NCBI GenBank assembly: GCA_020630335.1
Contig: JAHDBN010000004.1
Location: 9,258 to 73,257, forward strand
Length of the DNA stretch: 64,000 bases
Direction: 5' to 3'
Origin: Bacteriovoracaceae bacterium
GTDB lineage: Bacteria > Bdellovibrionota > Bacteriovoracia > Bacteriovoracales > Bacteriovoracaceae
In this document: in pieces, positions 54,499-61,320 of the stretch
How positions within the stretch are numbered: the stretch's first letter is position 1
How the letters are laid out: the number at the start of each line of letters is the position of its first letter
The notes under the pieces: generated by a model
What the model was told of the DNA's origin: nothing
What the model saw: the letters and a program-made list of their open reading frames with translations, nothing else
The model's database searches: none
Made by a program: the position numbers and the translations under genes

Positions 54499-56502
54499 CT
54501 ATTCAACAGATTTAGCTAGGATCTGTGCTATATCTTCTACTTCTAAATTTTCAGTTGTAGAAACTGTTCCTTTTGAGGAGTTAAAGTTAATCATGCAATA
54601 TGAACAAGCTGTAGCAAGTTTCGGAGCTTTTGTTTCACCTATTTCTTCTAGACGATTCTCAGCTAAATGCTTTCCTTCATCTAGTTCATACCACATATTT
54701 CCTCCACCCATTCCACAGCAAAGGGCCTTATCTTTATTCTTCTCCATTTCTGTAACTTTCAATCCAGGGATAGAATCAAGAATTGCTCTTGGTGCATTAT
54801 ATTCACCGTGATGTCTTCCTAAATAACATGGATCATGAAAAGTAAATTCATCATCAACATTCTTTGTAGGTTTAATTTTTCCAGAACGAACAAGTTCACT
54901 TAATAATTCTGTATGATGAACGGTATCAAATTCACCATCATCAAACTTAGCATATTCTTTACCAATAGTATGAAGACAATGAGGGCAATGAGTAACTACT
55001 TTATCAAAAGAATATTTTCTCATGTTAGCAATGTTTTCAATAGCAATTTCAAAAAATGTGTATTCATCTCCAAATCTTCTGATTGGATCTCCGTTACATT
55101 TTTCAGTTTTTCCCATCACTGCAAAGCTTACTCCTGCTTTCTTTAGAAGCATTACAGTATCTTTAACAACCTTTTGATTAGAAGCATCGTATGATCCAGC
55201 ACAACCAACATAGTAAAGGTAATCAATTTTCTCACCTTCTTTAGCTACAGGAACATCTAATCCATCTGCCCATTTAAATCTATCATCCTGAGATATTCCC
55301 CATGGGTTTCCATTAACTCTAATTTTATTGGTTGCATCAGCAGCCGCTGGTGGGAGTTGGCCTAAAGTTAGTGCTTTATATCTTTTAAGATCCATGATGA
55401 CATCAACATGCTCAATATTCATTGGGCATTCTTCCATGCAGGCACCACAAGTCGTACATGCATCAAGCTCATTGTTTAAATAAACTTGTTCTTCCCATAA
55501 ATCTTTATCATCTTTCCCCGCAGCTTCAGCTGTATCTCTCATTTTGGTAATAATTTTTTTGGGATCAAGAGGTTTATCGGCGAGGTTTGCAGGACATACC
55601 TGAGTACATCTACCACATTCTACACAAGCGAGAGTATCTAGTCTTTGCTTCATGGAAAGTTCAGAGAGTTTTCCAAGGCCAAAAGTTTCAGCAGTTTCAT
55701 CTTCAAAGTTCATAGGCTCTAAAACTGCACCTCTCATTGGAGGAGTTACTAAAGCACTTAGTGGAGCGGCGATGAAGTGAAAAAATTTCGTATAAGGAAT
55801 AGATGCTACAAATGCCATTGTATTGAGCATGTGAACAAACCACGAAACTCTATATATCAAACTCAGTGAGTTATCGCTAAAAGAAAATAGATTAATAAAC
55901 ATAGCAACTAAATAACCTATAGGAGAATATCTTGCTTCTGGAGTTGTTGCCATATCTTCAACACCAGCGATTCTAATTCCTTCTAGTAAAAACCCTAGAA
56001 TGACTAATGCTGCTAGCATGAAGTACATGAACTTTTCTTGATTAGGTTTTGTTGCACTTAAGAAATCAGGCTTATCTATATATCTTCTTTTGTAAGCAAG
56101 TCCTAAACCAATTAAAATTGCAAGTCCAGCAAAGTCAGCAAGAAAAGAAACGATGATATAAACAGGTCCTTTAAAAACTTTAAATGGAGTATCAAAATGA
56201 ATGGCGACAAGATCTGTTGCTATCCATAAAATAACAAATCCATAATAAATTAAAGTATGAAAAATTCCGGGGGCCTTAAATCTTTTAATTTTTCCTTGAA
56301 AGAAGATAGTTTCAAATAAGTTTTTCCAATTTAATTTTTCAGGAAGAAGATTTTTAATTGATCCACCTTGAGTAATATATTGGTATTTTCCGTAAACTCC
56401 TTTAATAAATATTGCAAAAGCAACAATTAGCAAACCATACATTGCAGTTTTAAAAGAACTTGGGATGTTCCACATGATTTCTCTACCAGCATTCATGTCC
56501 AT
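54499..56502 (-). CDS. Membrane-bound Fe-S oxidoreductase: NarI/DsrM-like multi-His TM domain fused to a 2x[4Fe-4S] ferredoxin and CCG (HdrD/DsrK/GlpC-like) domains
   Basis: Six TM helices with conserved His (..IFHTLIYYG.., ..AIHF.., ..WFVHMLN.., ..FFHFIAAP..). CVECGRCTQVCP and CTTCGACMEECP ferredoxin motifs. Cys-rich CCG repeats (..YYVGCAGSYD.., ..FHDPCYLGRH.., ..ALCCGMGGG..). Confidence 0.85.
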   Translation of the reverse strand: MDMNAGREIMWNIPSSFKTAMYGLLIVAFAIFIKGVYGKYQYITQGGSIKNLLPEKLNWKNLFETIFFQGKIKRFKAPGIFHTLIYYGFVILWIATDLVAIHFDTPFKVFKGPVYIIVSFLADFAGLAILIGLGLAYKRRYIDKPDFLSATKPNQEKFMYFMLAALVILGFLLEGIRIAGVEDMATTPEARYSPIGYLVAMFINLFSFSDNSLSLIYRVSWFVHMLNTMAFVASIPYTKFFHFIAAPLSALVTPPMRGAVLEPMNFEDETAETFGLGKLSELSMKQRLDTLACVECGRCTQVCPANLADKPLDPKKIITKMRDTAEAAGKDDKDLWEEQVYLNNELDACTTCGACMEECPMNIEHVDVIMDLKRYKALTLGQLPPAAADATNKIRVNGNPWGISQDDRFKWADGLDVPVAKEGEKIDYLYYVGCAGSYDASNQKVVKDTVMLLKKAGVSFAVMGKTEKCNGDPIRRFGDEYTFFEIAIENIANMRKYSFDKVVTHCPHCLHTIGKEYAKFDDGEFDTVHHTELLSELVRSGKIKPTKNVDDEFTFHDPCYLGRHHGEYNAPRAILDSIPGLKVTEMEKNKDKALCCGMGGGNMWYELDEGKHLAENRLEEIGETKAPKLATACSYCMINFNSSKGTVSTTENLEVEDIAQILAKSVE

Positions 56503-56576
56503 GAAATTTTTCCTTATTTAGTAGTTAATTTGTAATTACTCGATTACTCATTATTATAGTCAATAAGAACAGAAAA

Positions 56577-57554
56577 ATGAAAAAGCTATTAATAATAAGA
56601 TTCAGTAGTTTTGGAGATATCGTACAGTCTTTGTCATGTATTCCCAACTATAAAGCATTGTATCCTAATTCTAGGATAGATTTTCTTACGAAGAGTAATT
56701 TTTCATCAATAGTTGAACTAGACTCACAAATTGATCAGGTGATCAGTTTTGATAAATCTACTGGCATCAAAGGGCTTATTTCTCTTTGTTTGAGCTTGCG
56801 GCATGAAAATTATCAATTGATTTATGATGCTCATTCAAATATGAGAAGTTTGGTGGTGAAACTTGTCTTGCTAGGCCCTTTCTTTTTTCTATCTAAAAAA
56901 TTAATTGTGAGGTCTAAGCAGCGAATGAAGAGATTAATGCTTTTTAGATTTAGAGTAAATCTATTTAATTCTTGGCCTTTTATCGCTAAAAAAAGTTTCT
57001 TGGATCCTTTAGGACTTGAAAATAAAAGAAGATCTAATTTTAACTTCGAAGGAATTAAAAAAGATTTGCCTTTAAATAAAATATCCTTAGTTCTTGGAGC
57101 GAATTGGGATTTAAAAATATGGCCTCAAAAACATTGGGAAGGATTGATTGAACTTTTAGACGAGAGTGTAGTCTTGCTGGGAGGAAAGTTAGAGGAAAGT
57201 GTTGCATTAAATTTAGAAAATAAATTTCAAGATAAAGTTATAAATTTGGTTGGAAAAATAAGTCTTAAAGAAAGCTCGTATATTGTATCTAAGAGTAAGT
57301 GTTTTGTTTCAGCAGATACTGGGTTATTACATATTGCTGATGCATTAGGCGTTAAAGGAATATGCTTAATGGGCCCCACAGCTTTTGGCTATCCTGAAAG
57401 TGATCAAATCAGGGTATTAGAAATTTCAGAATTAAAATGTAGGCCTTGCTCAAAAGATGGACGAGGTAAGTGTTCTCAAGACGTATATAAAAAATGTATG
57501 ATAAATTTAACTCCTAAGTTAGTAGCAGAGAATATTTATGAAATATGTAATTAA
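56577..57554 (+). CDS. Glycosyltransferase family 9 (LPS heptosyltransferase-like)
   Basis: ..KLLIIRFSSFGDIVQS.. at the N-terminus and ..SADTGLLHIADALGVKGICLMGPT.. near the C-terminus are GT9 hallmarks. Confidence 0.75.
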   Translation: MKKLLIIRFSSFGDIVQSLSCIPNYKALYPNSRIDFLTKSNFSSIVELDSQIDQVISFDKSTGIKGLISLCLSLRHENYQLIYDAHSNMRSLVVKLVLLGPFFFLSKKLIVRSKQRMKRLMLFRFRVNLFNSWPFIAKKSFLDPLGLENKRRSNFNFEGIKKDLPLNKISLVLGANWDLKIWPQKHWEGLIELLDESVVLLGGKLEESVALNLENKFQDKVINLVGKISLKESSYIVSKSKCFVSADTGLLHIADALGVKGICLMGPTAFGYPESDQIRVLEISELKCRPCSKDGRGKCSQDVYKKCMINLTPKLVAENIYEICN

Positions 57555-58491
57555 TTTTTTTGTTTTGATTTTATTTTTATCTTGCTCTCAAGTGGAAAAA
57601 CTTGGTGATACCAAGCATTCTATGGGGAAAAAATATGAGAATATTTTTTGGATACAAATTCCAGGTTTTTCAAAAGAACACATAGCACTTTTAAAACTTA
57701 CTGATTGGAGTCCTTCAAAAGGTGAACAACTTTCAAATTTTTCTTGTTTTGGAGAGGTGTGGGATTATTCTTTATTTGATTTGAGACCAAAGTCTTCTTT
57801 AGTTTTAAACTCTCAAATAGCAGGTGATAGTTTTCAAAAAAATTCTTGCGAGGATTTTAAGTTAAAACCTTTTTATCATCATGAGAAATTTAAAAATTAT
57901 TCAAAAATTTTAATTGAAGAAAGTGTATCTAAAGATGAGAGTCTAAGTTCTAGTAAAACTTGTAAAGATTCAAATTGGTTAGATAACATGTTTTATTTAA
58001 GTAGAAGTGAAGGGAAAAGTGAACTTGAGCCATTTCATGTTACTCACTCCAAAGAGTTAGAAAGTAATATTTATCAAGATCAATCTTGCTTAAAAGATAA
58101 GTGTTATAACTCTATCACTTCAGTGCTAAATTCTTTGGAATCAAGGTTTATGGAAGAGCAGAGCATTTTTATTTATCGAAATTATAGATATGAAAAGCTA
58201 TTAGAATCTAGGCTTTATAAAAACGCTCAAGAAGTTCTTTTAGAAATTGAAGAGCTCATTACATATATAAAAAAATACTATTCAAAAAAATCACTTATTC
58301 TTCTTAGTGGTGGAGCAAGTATCAACCTTGAATATCCCAGACAAGGAATGGACTGGGGAAATTTAACGTCTACACTGGTAAGTAAAAAAAGATCGCTTTT
58401 ATCACCAATTTTTTCATTTGGTGCTGGAGCTGAGCGTTTTTGTGGGATTCATGAATTTAATAATATAGCTCATGAAATTATTCATGAGTGA
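57538..58491 (+). CDS. Hypothetical lipoprotein
   Basis: Lipobox ..LILFLSC. 317 aa. 17-nt overlap with the GT9 gene. No family recognised. Confidence 0.5.
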   Translation: MKYVINFFVLILFLSCSQVEKLGDTKHSMGKKYENIFWIQIPGFSKEHIALLKLTDWSPSKGEQLSNFSCFGEVWDYSLFDLRPKSSLVLNSQIAGDSFQKNSCEDFKLKPFYHHEKFKNYSKILIEESVSKDESLSSSKTCKDSNWLDNMFYLSRSEGKSELEPFHVTHSKELESNIYQDQSCLKDKCYNSITSVLNSLESRFMEEQSIFIYRNYRYEKLLESRLYKNAQEVLLEIEELITYIKKYYSKKSLILLSGGASINLEYPRQGMDWGNLTSTLVSKKRSLLSPIFSFGAGAERFCGIHEFNNIAHEIIHE

Positions 58492-59110
58492 TTATAAATC
58501 CTTAAGACCAAATCTTTTAGACACAAGAATTTCTGAAAAAGAAATTTCTCATCCAATAGATTTTTTTAAATCCTGGTTAGAAGATGCGATTGAAAAAAAA
58601 ATATTACAACCAAACTCAATGTGCTTATCTACTTATTCAGAACAGGTTGGACTTAGTTCTCGAATTGTATTGCTAAAAGAGATTAAAAAGGGAGGATTTA
58701 TTTTTTTTACAAATTATCAAAGTGAAAAAAGTAGATCTATAGATGGAAGTGAAGATGTCGCTCTTAACTTTTTATGGATTGAATTAAATAGACAAGTGAG
58801 AATTAAAGGAAAGGCCTTTAAGATTTCTCGTGAAAAATCGGTAGAGTATTTTAATTCTCGTCCAGAAGATAGCAGGATCGCTGCAATTGCATCCTGTCAA
58901 AGCGAAAAACTTAAAAGTCGAGAAGATTTAGAACTTAAGTTTCAAGAGATTAAAAATCTAGGTGATTATTCATGTCCTGAGCATTGGGGAGGTTTTGAAG
59001 TAAGGCCTTACTTTTTTGAGTTTTGGCAAGGACATCAAAATCGATTACATGATAGAGTTTGTGTTGAACTTAAAAATGGTACTTGGGAAAAATTTAGGAA
59101 GTATCCTTAA
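58472..59110 (+). CDS. pdxH: Pyridoxamine/pyridoxine 5'-phosphate oxidase
   Basis: ..FFTNYQSEKS.., ..ALNFLWIELNRQVRIKGKA.., ..YFNSRPEDSRIAAIAS.QS.., ..PEHWGGFEVRP..FEFWQGHQNRLHDR... The start may be the internal ATG 58484. Confidence 0.88.
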   Translation: MKLFMSDYKSLRPNLLDTRISEKEISHPIDFFKSWLEDAIEKKILQPNSMCLSTYSEQVGLSSRIVLLKEIKKGGFIFFTNYQSEKSRSIDGSEDVALNFLWIELNRQVRIKGKAFKISREKSVEYFNSRPEDSRIAAIASCQSEKLKSREDLELKFQEIKNLGDYSCPEHWGGFEVRPYFFEFWQGHQNRLHDRVCVELKNGTWEKFRKYP

Positions 59111-61320
59111 TGCTTTCTTTTCTTCACTTTCAAGATATTTCTAGTATTTATGAAGATTCTTTTTGGTCTGAAACGCCTTGTGAAGATGTATTAATCATTA
59201 CCCCAGGGCCCAAAGAAGCAGATTTAATGAGATCGCAGTTATCTACATTTCAAACAGTTTCTATCTCACATTTTTTATCAACTCATCTGAATCAAGAAGG
59301 GCTTCTAAAAAAATCAGAACTGATTCAAGTACTAAGTGCTATTTGGAATAAAACGATAAAGAGTAAAAGTTTTTCATACTTCCTTGAGAGCTTCAATCTT
59401 TTAACTGAAATAAGAAATAATGTTTCTAATAAAGAATTATTTTTAGAAGTCGTAGATGGTTTTGATAAAAAATTGAAAAACTTCTTTATCGCCTCATATG
59501 ATTTTTTAGAAAGTGATAGTTTTTTTGATGAGTCGAGAGCTTATAGATCTTTAGTTCTTGATAAAGAAAAAATTAAAACAAAGAAAATAATATTCTGGGG
59601 TTTTAAATTTCTAAATACAATACAAGTAGATTTTATACAAAAAGCTTCTTCTGAAGTTGATATTTTTATAGGCCTTCCAGAATATGTGTATGAAAACAGT
59701 AGTATGTTAGATTGGCCTAAATGGTTTTCAGGAATTCAGAAAAGATTTATAGGAGAAAAGAAGGCCTTCAGTAATGGAGAAGCTTTTGTTGATAACTTGA
59801 GTGTTAAGGCTGATTTTAAGAAGAAAAATAATATTGTGTCTAATCAAGAATTAACCTATGAGTGGGTGCAATCTCATGGAAAGGAAAATTACTATAAAAT
59901 AGATGCTCAATACTTTTCTTTTGAGATTGAAGAAATCAAAGAAGATTTAAAAAAGAATTTTTATAAAAAAGTTCTAGATGTTCAAAAAGAAATACAAAAC
60001 CTAATTTTTAAAGCACACAAGAAACATGACTATAAGTATTTCAAACTTCTATTACTTACTTCAAATTTTTTTAAAGGAATAGATAAGGAAATTATATTTG
60101 ATCACTTTTACTTCAATTTATGCTTAGAAGTATTACGGTTAAATTCTCCTAGGGTTTTTCAGGTAGGACTCTCAGAAGAGAGTACTTTTTATTCTTTGAC
60201 TGAAGCATTGTATTTGGGACAAAAAGAAGCAACTTGTTTTATAGAGTCAAAAGATTTTTCTGGCAGTGACCCTCAGTGGGTCATACCAACAAAAGTTCTT
60301 AGTAGACTTGCTTCGATAGGTGCTGTGAAAAATCATCAACTAGAAGAAACGTTTCAAGATTACTTTTTATTATCACTTCTTAATGATAAATCAAAAGAGG
60401 TTCATATTGATGAGAATTTTTATAAGGATAGTGAGAAATTAAAAGACTTTGTTTTGAAAGTAAAAAGAAGTGAACTAGAAAATAAAGAGAAAATAGTAAG
60501 AAATTATATAACTCAAGAGAAAAATAACCTAAATAGAAAAAAATATTCAGCAACATCTCTTCAAACTTATATTGACTGCCCTCAAAAATATTACTTTAGA
60601 TATGGTAGTAAATTATTAAAACCTCTTATCAGTGAAGAGATTATTAATAATTTAGAGACGGGGTCATTTGAGCATGGTTTGATAGGTGATTACTTTAAAG
60701 AAGAAATAAAAAAAGATAAATACGATCTTTGGTTTGAAGAAAAATATGCAAGTGCTTTTAATATTAAAAGTGTCGATTTTTCTAAATATAAAGAAAGAAA
60801 AGAGAAAAGTTTTAGAAGAATTCAGAATGGTATAGAAGCGATAGAGGATCTTAAGAAAAATTTCCCAGATTTAGTGATGAAGTTTGAAGAACCAATTCAG
60901 AAATCTAGCTTTGAAGGATCTGCTGATTTCTTTGCTTATAATGATGAGATAGAAATATTACTTGATTTTAAGGCATCAAGTTTTGGTATTCCAACAATTA
61001 CTGAAGTTAATAAATTAAAAAAAATTCAAATTCTCTATTATATAGATAAATTATTGTCTAACGATAAATCAAAGTTAGCAGGATATTTTTGTCTTGCGAG
61101 CCCTAGCTCTTCGGTTTATTTCTCTGATTATTCTTTTAGTTTTCAAGGGAAGATGATTAAGGAGAAAAAAGATTTTTCAGAAGTACTTTTGAAGTATAAA
61201 AGTTTTGAAAAAGAAATAATAAATAAAATTGAAAGCGATGAAGTTCATCTTGCTTTTTCCAATGAGAGTAATGTCTGTGATTTCTGTCAATTTAATAATA
61301 TTTGCTTGGAGCGTAAATGA
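59110..61320 (+). CDS. addB: AddB-like PD-(D/E)XK nuclease subunit (short form, no Walker A seen)
   Basis: C-terminal nuclease/Fe-S staple: ..SATSLQTYIDCPQKYYFRY.., ..GSADFFAY..LLDFK.., ..CDFCQFNNIC... Upstream of and overlapping (ATGA) an AddA-type helicase gene. The N-terminal region lacks GxGKT. Confidence 0.65.
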   Translation: MLSFLHFQDISSIYEDSFWSETPCEDVLIITPGPKEADLMRSQLSTFQTVSISHFLSTHLNQEGLLKKSELIQVLSAIWNKTIKSKSFSYFLESFNLLTEIRNNVSNKELFLEVVDGFDKKLKNFFIASYDFLESDSFFDESRAYRSLVLDKEKIKTKKIIFWGFKFLNTIQVDFIQKASSEVDIFIGLPEYVYENSSMLDWPKWFSGIQKRFIGEKKAFSNGEAFVDNLSVKADFKKKNNIVSNQELTYEWVQSHGKENYYKIDAQYFSFEIEEIKEDLKKNFYKKVLDVQKEIQNLIFKAHKKHDYKYFKLLLLTSNFFKGIDKEIIFDHFYFNLCLEVLRLNSPRVFQVGLSEESTFYSLTEALYLGQKEATCFIESKDFSGSDPQWVIPTKVLSRLASIGAVKNHQLEETFQDYFLLSLLNDKSKEVHIDENFYKDSEKLKDFVLKVKRSELENKEKIVRNYITQEKNNLNRKKYSATSLQTYIDCPQKYYFRYGSKLLKPLISEEIINNLETGSFEHGLIGDYFKEEIKKDKYDLWFEEKYASAFNIKSVDFSKYKERKEKSFRRIQNGIEAIEDLKKNFPDLVMKFEEPIQKSSFEGSADFFAYNDEIEILLDFKASSFGIPTITEVNKLKKIQILYYIDKLLSNDKSKLAGYFCLASPSSSVYFSDYSFSFQGKMIKEKKDFSEVLLKYKSFEKEIINKIESDEVHLAFSNESNVCDFCQFNNICLERK

